This document shows, one piece after another, positions 1 to 10,031 of a DNA stretch of 64,000 nucleotides. The notes under the pieces were generated by a model. The model made no database searches, was not told where the DNA came from, and worked only from the letters and a program-made list of their open reading frames with translations. This DNA comes from Candidatus Latescibacterota bacterium (GTDB taxonomy: Bacteria; Latescibacterota; UBA2968; UBA8231): positions 6,976,001 through 7,040,000 of the forward strand of contig OZ244561.1 in the NCBI GenBank assembly GCA_965217585.1, written 5' to 3'. Both the position numbers and the translations under genes were made by a program. The number at the start of each line of letters is the position of its first letter. The stretch's first letter is position 1.

Positions 1-1851
1 TCTTATCTCAGCGATTACAACTACCGCCCTCCGGATCCCCCCTCGATGGCGGACAATATCCTCCAGTCGCCCCTGATCAACCCAGAGGTGAACCTGGCCC
101 GCGACTCACTCCTGCGCGCGCGTGGCGGCCACGTCCTGACAGGGGGCCGGGCAATTCAAAATTCTCCTCCCATGCAGAAGATGATCGACGGGGACCCGAC
201 CACCGCCCTGCTGCGGCAAGTGGTCGAGTCGCCCCAACTCGCCGGCTTCAACAAGTCGAATGTCCAAGCTGCGACCATCAACCTAGGGGCTGAGTTGCCG
301 ATCAATCGCATTCGCTTCTATCCGCGTCCCGGTTTTGAGGCCAACTACCTGAAATGGTACGAGATAGGGGTTGCCGACAACAACGCCCCCTACAGAGAAG
401 CCCCGTTCGCAAGCCGTCCAGGCCAGGTGTTTTACAAACCCTTTACCGATAATCGGGGGGCAAACCTGTTCGAGCCCCCTGATTCGGTACTGACGATTCT
501 GGTGAACGAGCGCGAGAACCTAGATGTGGACGAGGATTTGCGCTTTCCCATTCGCGATATACGCTTCATCTCCCTGCGGCCTCTCAATCCGGAGCGCGAC
601 TGGGAGGTGGCCGAATGGGAGGTCTACGGCGAGGGGTATATGCAGCGCACGGTCTATCGCTCGCACATCCTGGACTTCGGCCAGCGGGTGACTTGGAGTA
701 AGATCCGCTGGCAAGGGGAGGCCCCCCCCGGCACCCAGGTCCTGCTGCGCACCCGCACCGGCGAGACCCGGCAGCCCAACCAGTTCTGGGAAATCGGCGT
801 CACCGGTCAGTTCGAACGGACCGTGGCCAAGGTGTACGAGGATCTCTTCGATGGGGCTCGATTCGACCGAGTGCAGCGCACCCACGATGCGGAGAATTGG
901 AGCTTCTGGTCAGCTACCTATGACTTTGCCGCCGGTCTGCGGAACCCCGAGAAGCCATCCGAGGCGTGGGAAGACGGCACCCCCCTGCTCTCTCCTAGTC
1001 CGAGGCGTTATCTGCAGTTTGAGATCGTGCTACTCGCCAGCCGGGATCAGGCCCCTCATATCGAAGAGCTGTCCCTGCTTCTGGCCGAGATTCCGGCGGC
1101 CGAGGAGGTGATCGGGGAGATCTGGCCGATCGAAGTGGAGAGCTTTGGGACCCACGCCTTCACCTACGTGGTGAAGCCCGTGCTGCGGGTCGGCAACCGA
1201 GGGTTCGACCGGCTGGAGATCTCTACCGGAGGAGAGGTCGAGGCAGTGCACTCGGTGCGGGTAGGAGGCGAGGAAGTGATCGACCGCTTCCCCGCTGAAA
1301 TCCGGGAAGACCGGATCATTGCGAAGTTCGATAAGCTCCAAGATCCCAGCGCCGATAACGAAAAGCGGATCGAGGTGGACTTCGACGCCCGGGTGCTGAG
1401 CTTTGGGGCCGAGTTCAAGGGCTGGGTCTACGACAGCGCCGAACCCGAATTCAAACAGCAGGTCAAAGCGGGGAACGCCACCTTTCGCTTGCAGGGGAAT
1501 GTGCTGTCCGTGCGCACGCCCATAGGGGGCGATCTAATCCAGCGCATGCAGGTCCGGCCCGCGGTATTCACCCCCAACGGCGACGGCATCAACGACCGGG
1601 TGGCTATCTCCTTCGACCTGCGGGACTTGGACCTGCCCCGGCAGCTCGCGGTGACGGTTTTTGACTTGGCCGGGCACCGGGTGCGGGAAGTGGTCTCTAC
1701 GCCGAGCGCGAACGGGAGTGTCGTGCAGGTATGGGACGGCCTAGACGGGGCGGGAACCCTAGTGCCGCCGGGAGTGTACCTCTATCAGGTCGAGTTGGAT
1801 ACAGACGAGGGTAGAGAGGCGGCTTCGGGGGTGCTCTCCGTGGCCTATTAA
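1..1851 (+). CDS. Secreted discoidin-like/Ig/FlgD-tail protein, subtype gamma (5'-partial; frame open from base 1)
   Basis: Frame of ORF 46..1851 is open to the window start. Motifs IDGDPTT, LPINRIRFYPR, WEVAEWEVYG, SPSPRRYLQF, VFTPNGDGIND, WDGLDGAG..VPPGVY; ends SVAY. Closest paralog is 18844..20976. Confidence 0.85.
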   Translation, partial: SYLSDYNYRPPDPPSMADNILQSPLINPEVNLARDSLLRARGGHVLTGGRAIQNSPPMQKMIDGDPTTALLRQVVESPQLAGFNKSNVQAATINLGAELPINRIRFYPRPGFEANYLKWYEIGVADNNAPYREAPFASRPGQVFYKPFTDNRGANLFEPPDSVLTILVNERENLDVDEDLRFPIRDIRFISLRPLNPERDWEVAEWEVYGEGYMQRTVYRSHILDFGQRVTWSKIRWQGEAPPGTQVLLRTRTGETRQPNQFWEIGVTGQFERTVAKVYEDLFDGARFDRVQRTHDAENWSFWSATYDFAAGLRNPEKPSEAWEDGTPLLSPSPRRYLQFEIVLLASRDQAPHIEELSLLLAEIPAAEEVIGEIWPIEVESFGTHAFTYVVKPVLRVGNRGFDRLEISTGGEVEAVHSVRVGGEEVIDRFPAEIREDRIIAKFDKLQDPSADNEKRIEVDFDARVLSFGAEFKGWVYDSAEPEFKQQVKAGNATFRLQGNVLSVRTPIGGDLIQRMQVRPAVFTPNGDGINDRVAISFDLRDLDLPRQLAVTVFDLAGHRVREVVSTPSANGSVVQVWDGLDGAGTLVPPGVYLYQVELDTDEGREAASGVLSVAY

Positions 1852-1869
1852 AATTTGGTGTGTCTTTTC

Positions 1870-1901
1870 TTGACAAGCATATCTATAATTATGTATATAA
1901 T
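1870..1901 (+). promoter_or_regulatory. Putative sigma70-type promoter
   Basis: TTGACA at 1870-1875 followed by an AT-rich stretch with TATATA (1894) and TATAAT (1896); spacing is not ideal. Strong RBS AAAGGAGG lies before ATG 1983. Confidence 0.5.
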
Positions 1902-1982
1902 GTGAAATACTGTTGTGGCACTCTACACGAGGAAGCAAGCTTTTTATTCCCTTTTAACAACCTCTAAAAAGGAGGAGTTGAG

Positions 1983-2930
1983 ATGAAAAATGCCCTGCTT
2001 AGCCTGATGGGAATCGGCTTTCTGGTCTTTGCCGTGGTCGCAGGTGCCCACGAACCTCCCGGTGAGATCACTCTGGCCGTCAATTTTCCGCCCGGTAATG
2101 AGCCGGTAGCCGACGGAGATCCCTCGGAATGGGATATTATACCGCGGGGCCCGTACGCCATTACGAGCGATGAGTTGTTCTCGCATTTCGGCCTAGAGCA
2201 GAGAGAGCGCGACGGGGCGACCCTGGCCCGCGGCGAGATGAACCTCTCCTCTCTAGATACCGAGTACATACTGGGTTGGAGCGATTCCAAAGACCGAGTT
2301 TATTACGTCATGAGGGTCTTTGACGACGTCCACGTCACCCGGCGTCAGGAACTGGGCCGGTTCTTTTTTGACGACGCCATTGAAACCTTCTTCCTCTTCA
2401 ATCACATTTCCGGAGAAGAGGTGCGGGCCCTCAACGACGATGGCTTCAACTCATCCATAGAGCTCACCTTTGCGGTGCCGCCGATTGAGGACAGTTGGCA
2501 GTTCCCCTTCTGCAGGGCCTGCACCGATTGGCTCTACAGCGGCGGCGAATTCTTCACCTTCGGCTGGAGCTTCGAGGGCGACGAGTTCGGCGAGAGCACC
2601 TACTACTACGAACTGGATCTTGGGGCTTACTTAGGATATCCAGCGGGTTTGGGCGATGAGCTCACGGCCGCGGATGTGGTCTCCACGACCCTCAATGAGG
2701 GCGACATCATCCACTACACCATCTCGCTGGGCGATGTGGACGGTGGGGAAGGCATCAGGACCGACGAGACCGGCGATCTGCGCGCCGGCGGGTACTGGAG
2801 CACCACCTCTGGAGGCGACGCCAGCTGGTTGGGTCAGCACGACCTACTGCTGTCGCCGGCGGATGATACCATTGACTTTCCGACCGCGGTCGAGTCCGAT
2901 TCCTGGGGTCGGATCAAGGCGCAGTTCTAA
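1983..2930 (+). CDS. Secreted CBM9/DOMON-like protein with C-terminal TAVESDSWGRIKAQF motif
   Basis: Signal peptide (..VAGA-HEPPG), PVADGDPSEW and DDAIE motifs recalling the CBM9/DOMON-like fold, very acidic. Paralog of 21105..21974 and 42788..43699. Confidence 0.8.
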   Translation: MKNALLSLMGIGFLVFAVVAGAHEPPGEITLAVNFPPGNEPVADGDPSEWDIIPRGPYAITSDELFSHFGLEQRERDGATLARGEMNLSSLDTEYILGWSDSKDRVYYVMRVFDDVHVTRRQELGRFFFDDAIETFFLFNHISGEEVRALNDDGFNSSIELTFAVPPIEDSWQFPFCRACTDWLYSGGEFFTFGWSFEGDEFGESTYYYELDLGAYLGYPAGLGDELTAADVVSTTLNEGDIIHYTISLGDVDGGEGIRTDETGDLRAGGYWSTTSGGDASWLGQHDLLLSPADDTIDFPTAVESDSWGRIKAQF

Positions 2931-2961
2931 GCTTTATCCCCGAGAACCGATGCTGATTTGC

Positions 2962-2996
2962 ACGGGGCAGGCCCGCCGGGTCTGCCCCGTTTTTTT
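2962..2996 (+). terminator. Rho-independent terminator
   Basis: 13-bp stem ACGGGGCAGGCCC-gcc-GGGTCTGCCCCGT followed by a T run, just after stop 2930. Confidence 0.85.
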
Positions 2997-2997
2997 G

Positions 2998-4689
2998 TTA
3001 CAAGTCGCGGATTTCTCCACCTTCTACGAGCGCGATTAGACGGTCCGCTTCTAGGTCGTAGTGGCAATCGATTGTGCCCGAAGGCCACCTTACCTTTAGG
3101 CTATCCACCCGGCTCCGAGCGCCCAGACCAAAGTGGACTCGCGGATCTTGCCCGCCTAAAAAGCTCGATCCCGCCATTACCTCGCGCACCTGCTTTTCTC
3201 CCCCTGAGAAGACCGCCACCCGGGCACCCACGCCATCGCGGTTGCTCTGCTGCCCGACCAAGCGCAGCATGAGCCAGTGGCCGGCCGCATGGTCATTGCG
3301 CATCAAGGTGGGGCGGTCGTCTAGGTTCAGGACCAGCAGGTCCAAGTCGCCATCGTTGTCGTAATCGCCACAAGAACTGCCCCGGCTCACCCGGCGATCC
3401 TGCAGGGCCGCTACGCCTCTCACTTCCGCGAAGGTGCCGTCCCCCTGGTTTTCGAGGAGCTGGTTGGGTTGTTGGTAGGTCTCCTCGCCCAGCTGGAGCC
3501 GGTCTATGCGGGGATAGACGTGTCCGTTGGCCACAAAGAGATCGAGGTCGCCGTCGTGATCGTAGTCGAAGAAACAGGTCCCCCAGCTCACATAGGGTCG
3601 ACTTTTGTCTCCCAGTCTCGCCTTCAGGGTCGTGTCGAGAAAGAAACGCCCTGCTTCATTGCGGTAGAGGGTATTGTAATCGCCGGCGAAGTTGGTGACG
3701 AAGAGATCTAGGAAACCGTCCCCATCGTAATCGCCAAAGGCGGCACCCATGCCGGCTTGCCCCTTACCTTGGTAGCTGTAGGCCACCCCGGCTTCGACGC
3801 CCACCTCGCGAAAGGATCCATCCCCCTGGTTGTGGTAGAGCAAGTTCGGGGTCGAGTCGTTGGCAATGAATAAATCCGGCCAGCCGTCGCCATCGTAATC
3901 CGAGAATAGCACCGCGAAACCGTAGTGCTTGTCGCGGTCTTCCACGTCGGCACTCGTGGTGACGTCGGTGAAGGTGCCGTCGCCGTTGTTGCGGTAGAGC
4001 CGGTCTGCGGCTCCCCGCAGGCTGCGGGGTCCGCAAAACACCTCCAGGGATTTCCACTGGCAAAAGGCCCGGTCCGGCTGTGGGGAGTCTGGATCGAAAT
4101 CTAGGTAATTGGCCACGTAGAGATCCAGCTCACCGTCCAGATCGTAGTCGCCGAAAGCAGCCCCAGTACTCCACCGGGGATCATCCGCGTCGGCTTTGTG
4201 GGTGAAATCGGTGAAGGTGCCGTCGCCGTTGTTGCGGTAGAGCCGGTTGGGGCCGTAGTTGGTGATGTAGAGATCGGTATCGCCGTCGTTGTCGTAGTCT
4301 GCAGCCACGCAGCCCATGCCCCAGCCCGTATCGCCCACGCCGGCTTGGAGGGTGACGTCGGCGAAGCGGCCGTTGCCTAGGTTGCGGTAGAGCGCGTTGC
4401 GCAGATCATTTTCGGAACCCGCGGATGCGGCGCCGTTGACTAGGTAAATGTCGAGATAGCCGTCCCCATCGTAGTCGAGAAAGGCGGTGCCCCCGCCCTT
4501 GGCTTCGAGGATATGATTTTTTTTGCGACTCCCAGAGCGGTGTTGCCAGCGCAAGCCCGCCTTTTCTGCAACGTCTACAAACAAGGGTGAAGATTCCTCC
4601 GGAATCGCCGGAGGATTTTCGTCCCTTTGCCGTTCAGAGCCGCAGGTCAGCAGAGTGCAGGCCCCCCACAATGCCATCCAGATTCGCAC
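2998..4689 (-). CDS. CRTAC1-like protein (FG-GAP repeats plus ASPIC/UnbV domain), probable lipoprotein
   Basis: Repeated DYDxDGxxDL and LYRNNGDGTF motifs; C-terminal NRDGVGARV..HFGLG..VRWPSG; N-terminal LLTC lipobox-like. Confidence 0.9.
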   Translation of the reverse strand: MRIWMALWGACTLLTCGSERQRDENPPAIPEESSPLFVDVAEKAGLRWQHRSGSRKKNHILEAKGGGTAFLDYDGDGYLDIYLVNGAASAGSENDLRNALYRNLGNGRFADVTLQAGVGDTGWGMGCVAADYDNDGDTDLYITNYGPNRLYRNNGDGTFTDFTHKADADDPRWSTGAAFGDYDLDGELDLYVANYLDFDPDSPQPDRAFCQWKSLEVFCGPRSLRGAADRLYRNNGDGTFTDVTTSADVEDRDKHYGFAVLFSDYDGDGWPDLFIANDSTPNLLYHNQGDGSFREVGVEAGVAYSYQGKGQAGMGAAFGDYDGDGFLDLFVTNFAGDYNTLYRNEAGRFFLDTTLKARLGDKSRPYVSWGTCFFDYDHDGDLDLFVANGHVYPRIDRLQLGEETYQQPNQLLENQGDGTFAEVRGVAALQDRRVSRGSSCGDYDNDGDLDLLVLNLDDRPTLMRNDHAAGHWLMLRLVGQQSNRDGVGARVAVFSGGEKQVREVMAGSSFLGGQDPRVHFGLGARSRVDSLKVRWPSGTIDCHYDLEADRLIALVEGGEIRDL

Positions 4690-5615
4690 TATTCAGAACC
4701 TTTGAACTTTTCCGCCCGTTCCCGGGCTCGCCGCTCTTTTTGTTGTAAATCCCGGGCATTGAGTTCCCGGAAGCGCTGCAGGGCTTGCTGTCCCGCAGCG
4801 GTCCGTCCGGCGGACAAGTAGAGCTGCCCGAGGTTGAGGTAGGCTGCGGTCAGTCCCGTATCCAAGCGAACCGCCTCTTCGAGGAGTTGGAGCGCCTCGG
4901 AAATCCGTCCATCGTTCCTGGACAGGATGGCCAGATCAGTCATGGCCTGGGCGTTTTTCGGCTGCAATTCAAGTTGTTTCCGGTAGGCATTTTCCGCTTC
5001 GGCAAAGCGTCCCTGATACTTGTAGATGCTGCCCAGGCGACCATAAGCCGCGGCCAGCTTGGGATCCAGCTTCAGGGCCCGGCGATAGGCCGTCTCGGCC
5101 GAGTCTAGGTCGCCCTCGTGGGTGGAGTGCCGGTCGCCTCGATAGGAGTAGAGACTGCCTAGGATATAGAAATAGGCCTGCTGATCGGGAGCCAGAGAGA
5201 TGGCCTGCCGGGCCGCGGCCAGGCCCTGGTCGAGCAGGGGGCCGCGGTGAGTTACGGAGTACTTTCTGAGCAAGAATAGGGCGCGGGCGTAGAATACTTC
5301 TGAGCGGGTCGTGTCCAAGGCACTCGCCAGCCCCAGTGTTTCTTCGGCCCGCGCCAAGTCCCCCAGCTCTAGGTGGACGTGGCTCAGACCGACATAGGCC
5401 CGCACCGAGTCCTCGGCACCTTCCAGCGCTTCTCGAAAGGCTTCCAGAGCCGGCTGGTAGCGCTGGGAACGGAGATGCCGCTCGCCCAAGCGGTTTTTGG
5501 AATTCAGACCACCCGCAGTCCTGTGTTGGGGGCGGCTAGATGGGAACTCGCTGCTGGACTCCTTGCATCCAGACCAGAAAAAGAGTGCGGAGAGTATTGA
5601 GATAACTGGAAGCAT
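4689..5615 (-). CDS. Tetratricopeptide repeat lipoprotein
   Basis: FWSGC lipobox; TPR patterns (AYGRLGSIY..QGRFAEAENAYRK, AYLNLGQLY); overlaps the CRTAC1 start by 1 nt. Confidence 0.85.
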   Translation of the reverse strand: MLPVISILSALFFWSGCKESSSEFPSSRPQHRTAGGLNSKNRLGERHLRSQRYQPALEAFREALEGAEDSVRAYVGLSHVHLELGDLARAEETLGLASALDTTRSEVFYARALFLLRKYSVTHRGPLLDQGLAAARQAISLAPDQQAYFYILGSLYSYRGDRHSTHEGDLDSAETAYRRALKLDPKLAAAYGRLGSIYKYQGRFAEAENAYRKQLELQPKNAQAMTDLAILSRNDGRISEALQLLEEAVRLDTGLTAAYLNLGQLYLSAGRTAAGQQALQRFRELNARDLQQKERRARERAEKFKGSE

Positions 5616-5642
5616 AATGCCGCAATCTCGCCTTTTCCGAGT

Positions 5643-7562
5643 TCAGTTCAGGACGCCGCACAATTCGATCATAGCCACGACCCCGCGCGGCACGAACTCT
5701 CCTAAGATCAGCCCTAGGAAAAAGGGGCGCAGCCGCTGGAACAACCTAGGACCTCCGAACCTCAGGACCATGCTTTTGATCGCCCAGGCTAGCAACACGC
5801 TGAAGAACATCTTGTTTGCAGCCATGCTTATGGGAAAACTAATCGGGTGAAAGGGCCACCAGATAAAACGCTGTTGGGCCAGCATGAACAGCGCCATCAA
5901 AACGCCGCCTATGGCGGTATAACCCCAGTACTCCCAGCGCGGTCCCTGGGGAGAAGCTATGCGGGTGGCTGCATTGTCGAAGGGCCATTGCGATTGTCCC
6001 CAGAAGAAATGGGAGGTATTGAGGCCACCGTGCACATAAGCTAGGTCCAGCATCATCCAGATCGAACTGCAGAAGGTGACCACAATTGCCACCAACATGC
6101 TCCAGAAGATCAGCCGCCGATTCTTTTTTACAGTCTCCTCGATTACCTTGAGGCCATTGGCACAGGAGGTCATCGTGAAAATGATGATGTCACTGGCCCA
6201 GACGTAGGTAAAGGCCAAGGCGATGATTCCGCTGGACCCCAGAGCCCGGGTGCCAAAACTGCCGACGATCACGTCCGAAGCGATGATCGGCGCAAAGAGG
6301 TAGGGGAATCCACCTTCGGCGATGATCCGCGTGATCCCCACAAAGAGCACAAAGGCGAAAAAGAGGAAGCACGGGGTAATCCAAGCCGGCAACCCCGACT
6401 GCCATAACCATAGACCCATAAAGGTCAGGCAGCCCAACAAGGTAAAGACCGCAGCCCGATAGGAGAGAATCTCGCCGGAATCGTCGATGGATGTCTCCTG
6501 TCCCACGGCCTTGCGCAAAACCTGCCGCAAGTGGCCGCGGGCATTCCACAGCCCAAAGAGCACTAGGACCGTAAAAGCGCCCAATCCCTGGTGGGACAAA
6601 ATGGGGTCGCCTCTCATCCAGTGACTGAGCATAGGATCGTGATACCCACCTCCCAAAAGGGCGAACGCGATCTCCTGCAGGACGTTGAGCAAAAAGAAGA
6701 AGCACAATCCGAGGGAGACCTCCCGGCGGATGAAATAGGTAAACCCGAGCATCATAAAGCTCACGCCGATCCTGACCCCGACCAGATCCCGGAAAAGATA
6801 GATGTATTCACCGCTTGTATTGATGTAGGGCATAAAGGGATAATAACGCGTCAATAGGTTGTGAAAATTGATGATAAAGGGGATGGCAAAGCCCAACCAC
6901 ATCAGCCAGTCCTTGAAAAAAGGATTGATCAAGGAAGGACGGTCGCCATCTCGGAGCATGGCAATGGGCAACTGGGTCATGGGAAAGACGAGGCGTTCGC
7001 TAGTGATCCACTGTTTCCGCAGAATGGCCATGATGCAGATCATGGACACGAAAAGCGACAGGGCAAAGGGCAGCCAGTGGAGTAAGGGAGGAAGCCAGAG
7101 TCTCCAGGGTACGCCCTGTCCTTTGGGGGCACCTTCGTAAAAGTTTCTGATCTGGGCCAATTCCCTATGGGGAATGATCCACTCCGGGATGTAGGGCAAT
7201 AGGCTCTCGCGCCAGTTGTTTTCCGGCGAGGCGTAGTAAATCACACTGGTGACTTTCGGCAGGAAGTAGGAGACGAACCCATCCGTGGTGACGCCTGAGC
7301 CCACGATCCACATGACGTAGATCTGGGCCAATTCGGCTGGGCTCAACATCCACCGGCGGCGGATCAACCCCACCAGGGGGTTGAGGAAGAGCACCAAGAC
7401 GAAAAACATGATCACGGGGCCCGGGGTGAAGAACCAGTTGCCGAACCCGGATGTCTTCAGTATCATGTCGGAGTACTGGAAACCAGCGCCGACCACCAGA
7501 CAACCTACCGCGCCGATGAGCAGGGCGCGAAAGCTGGGTACCCACGCAGAGGACGGGATCAC
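5643..7562 (-). CDS. Polytopic membrane protein, DUF6785/DUF6784-like (putative transporter)
   Basis: Many hydrophobic helices; YYASPENNW, LRKQW..ERLVFP, WWPFHP and LRFGGPRLF motifs shared with two paralogs. Start placed at GTG 7562 behind RBS GGAGAGG (ORF track start 7625). Confidence 0.85.
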   Translation of the reverse strand: MIPSSAWVPSFRALLIGAVGCLVVGAGFQYSDMILKTSGFGNWFFTPGPVIMFFVLVLFLNPLVGLIRRRWMLSPAELAQIYVMWIVGSGVTTDGFVSYFLPKVTSVIYYASPENNWRESLLPYIPEWIIPHRELAQIRNFYEGAPKGQGVPWRLWLPPLLHWLPFALSLFVSMICIMAILRKQWITSERLVFPMTQLPIAMLRDGDRPSLINPFFKDWLMWLGFAIPFIINFHNLLTRYYPFMPYINTSGEYIYLFRDLVGVRIGVSFMMLGFTYFIRREVSLGLCFFFLLNVLQEIAFALLGGGYHDPMLSHWMRGDPILSHQGLGAFTVLVLFGLWNARGHLRQVLRKAVGQETSIDDSGEILSYRAAVFTLLGCLTFMGLWLWQSGLPAWITPCFLFFAFVLFVGITRIIAEGGFPYLFAPIIASDVIVGSFGTRALGSSGIIALAFTYVWASDIIIFTMTSCANGLKVIEETVKKNRRLIFWSMLVAIVVTFCSSIWMMLDLAYVHGGLNTSHFFWGQSQWPFDNAATRIASPQGPRWEYWGYTAIGGVLMALFMLAQQRFIWWPFHPISFPISMAANKMFFSVLLAWAIKSMVLRFGGPRLFQRLRPFFLGLILGEFVPRGVVAMIELCGVLN

Positions 7563-7647
7563 GGTGCCTCTCCAGGTGCAGTGTATTTGGCTGCTGCGGA
7601 TCGAATATAGGCAAGATTCGAGCATTGGCCGAATATTTATTGAGGGC
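7133..7647. repeat. 515-bp near-identical direct repeat, copy 1 (copy 2 at 25231..25745)
   Basis: Constant offset of 18098; about 3 mismatches seen by eye, all near the gene start. Confidence 0.95.
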
Positions 7648-7884
7648 CATGGCTGCTGACCGCACCCGGCCGCTTTGATACCTTTCAGCTCAAGGGGATT
7701 GGGGCCAGAGGGGGTGTGAATAGATGAACCTTAGCGGAGTTTTCTGTTCCAATGATTGGAACCCCGCGTAGGGAAGAAAACGACCGACCTTAAGGAACTG
7801 TGTGGCTCGGATCGTTGTTTTTGGTTCCGTTGCTATCGTATCCCCAACCTGCACAACTGGATGAAGAAGCGGGGAATCAAGAAA

Positions 7885-8035
7885 ACGCCGGGCACCATCT
7901 GTTTCGACTTAGCCGTATCGAACACCTTGCCGAGCTTCGACGTCCACAACTCTTCCATGGTCCTGTCGTTGTGATCGCTACCCGCGGAAATAAAGATTTC
8001 CCCCTGGTGCACCACGGCGACAAACTCCACTTCAA
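7885..8035 (-). pseudogene. Internal fragment of a DUF2848-like gene
   Basis: EVEFVAVVHQGEIFISAGSDHNDR..AKSKQ resembles the EVE/GSDHTDR/SKQ signature recalled for DUF2848; no start or end of a full gene. Confidence 0.55.
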
Positions 8036-8038
8036 ATT

Positions 8039-10027
8039 CTAATACATCTGGATCGTATTGCCTGTCATCCCAGTGAACCCATCTACGACCAGCCAGAACC
8101 CGCCTACCACGAATTGCCCCAAAATCATTCCTAGAAAAAACCAGCGCGTGGCACCGTAGCCGGCCGGGCCGGTAAATCTCAGAATAAGGGCCTTGACCAA
8201 CCAGGCTAAAAAGATGCTGAACCAGACACTGTTCAGGATCCACGTGCCGCTCACCACATAACCGATCGGGTGCAAGGGCCACCACAAAAGGTGTTGTCGC
8301 GCTAAGGTCAGCAAGGCCATGACTACAGCCCCGGCTCCGGTCCACCCCCACCCGGGCCAGTAAGGTCCGACCGGCGTCTCGATCAGGCGGCTGGCAACCA
8401 GGAAGGGCTCCTGGGCAAACCCGGAGAAATATTGTTGATGGAGGTTGATGGCGCCGTACTGGTAGCCCAATTTCAGGGTTGCGCAGATCGATACTACCAG
8501 GCCGATGCCCAAGGCCACTACCATCATCCCTAAGAGCCGCATACTGGAACCCCGCAAGCCGTGCAGCATGCGGATGCCGTTGGCACAAGGGGCCATCATA
8601 AAGACCAGAAGATCCGCAGCCCAGGCCAAGGTGTACTCCACTGCTATCGTGCCGACCGGCCCCAGAGCAGACGAGCCCACGCCGGACACCAGAAAACCCG
8701 CGCCCGATAACCCTTGTACAGCCGACGAGAGGCCGGCTTCGACGATCACCCGGGTAAGCGCCAAAAAGATGGTAAAGACGCCGAAGAGGAACACCAAGAC
8801 CGCCCAGCCCGGCATCCCGCTTCTCCCCAGCCAGAGTCCCATGATCCCCAACCCGACCACTAGGCCGATCACCGCGGTCCGGTAGGAGATCAACTCGTCC
8901 TCATCGGATTCTACTCCCCGACCCCAGACCTGCCTCCACACCTCCCACAGGTGGGACCGAGCTGTCCACAATCCCAGTAGCACCAAGACGATCATAGCAC
9001 CCATGCTCTGGTGGCTCAGCATGCCTCTCGTGGACCCTGTATGGCTGAACAAGTCGAGCTGTTCGGCACTGTAAATGCCCAGGATAGAGCAAACCGCCTC
9101 TTGGAGCTTGGCTAGCAAGAGAAAGAACCACAGGCTGAAGGAGATGCTGGTGTTGATGAAATAGGCCAGTCCCATCATCAGGTAGTTGAGCCGGATGGGA
9201 ATCGAGACCGCACCGCGGGCTACCAATAACTCGTAGTTTATATCGACTGCCGGCACAAATTCATAATAGCGGCTGAGCGCGAGGACGCTATTCAAGAGAA
9301 ACGGGATCGCAAAACCGACCCACATCACCGGATTCTTCAGGAAGGGCTTGACGCGCGAAGGCGGATCCTGGTCTTCGATCATGCCCAAAGGCACCTGGAC
9401 CAGCGGATACAGCAGCCGTTCGTGCTCCATCCACTGCCGGCGCAAAATGACCATCGAACAGATCAGCACCGTGTAGAAGCCACCCATGAACAGGAGCCAC
9501 CAGCTCAGAGGCTGGACCCAAGCTTCCCAGGGAACAGGCTGCCCCTGGGGCAGGCCTTCGTAAAACCACTTTACCGCTTCCTGATCCTGAGGGACCATCC
9601 AGGTGGAGATGTAGGGAATCAACTGCTCCGCCCAGTTGTTCTCCGGCGAGGCGTAGTAGAATACACCGGAGATGATGGCCAAGACCATGCCGGTAAATCC
9701 CCTGGAGGAGATCGCCGTGGCCAGCATCATCATCACGGTTATGAGGAGCAGTTCGCCGCGGGTAAAAAGCCACGACCGCCGCATCGCCCCCAACAGCGGC
9801 TGTACGAGAACCATCAACACGAACAACAGGAAGAAGGCCGCCGGGGTAGAAGAACTCAACCCCAACCGGGTCCCCTGAATGACGAACTCTCCATAGGGCA
9901 GCCCAGCGGCAATCAAGCCGCAAAGTAGCATCCCTGCCAGCATCGCGCGGAGACGAATCTTAGACGGGGTGACTTCTTCGCGTCCAGGCGGAGACTCAGC
10001 TTGAGTCTCTGGTTTCGCGAAATCCAT
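8039..10027 (-). CDS. Polytopic membrane protein, DUF6785/DUF6784-like (putative transporter)
   Basis: 662 aa, highly hydrophobic; YYASPENNW, LRRQW.EHERLLYPL, ELISYRTAV, WWPLHPIGY. Confidence 0.9.
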   Translation of the reverse strand: MDFAKPETQAESPPGREEVTPSKIRLRAMLAGMLLCGLIAAGLPYGEFVIQGTRLGLSSSTPAAFFLLFVLMVLVQPLLGAMRRSWLFTRGELLLITVMMMLATAISSRGFTGMVLAIISGVFYYASPENNWAEQLIPYISTWMVPQDQEAVKWFYEGLPQGQPVPWEAWVQPLSWWLLFMGGFYTVLICSMVILRRQWMEHERLLYPLVQVPLGMIEDQDPPSRVKPFLKNPVMWVGFAIPFLLNSVLALSRYYEFVPAVDINYELLVARGAVSIPIRLNYLMMGLAYFINTSISFSLWFFLLLAKLQEAVCSILGIYSAEQLDLFSHTGSTRGMLSHQSMGAMIVLVLLGLWTARSHLWEVWRQVWGRGVESDEDELISYRTAVIGLVVGLGIMGLWLGRSGMPGWAVLVFLFGVFTIFLALTRVIVEAGLSSAVQGLSGAGFLVSGVGSSALGPVGTIAVEYTLAWAADLLVFMMAPCANGIRMLHGLRGSSMRLLGMMVVALGIGLVVSICATLKLGYQYGAINLHQQYFSGFAQEPFLVASRLIETPVGPYWPGWGWTGAGAVVMALLTLARQHLLWWPLHPIGYVVSGTWILNSVWFSIFLAWLVKALILRFTGPAGYGATRWFFLGMILGQFVVGGFWLVVDGFTGMTGNTIQMY

Positions 10028-10031
10028 ACGG

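Noticed and set aside
3300-4480. Recurrent GTGAAGGTGCCGTCGCCGTTGTTGCGGTAGAG-type repeats as a CRISPR array
   Set aside because: They encode FG-GAP (LYRNNGDGTF) protein repeats with irregular spacing; no cas genes.
7133-7647. Repeat pair as a diversity-generating retroelement TR/VR
   Set aside because: Only about 3 mismatches with no consistent adenine bias, located at a gene 5' end, and no reverse transcriptase in the window.
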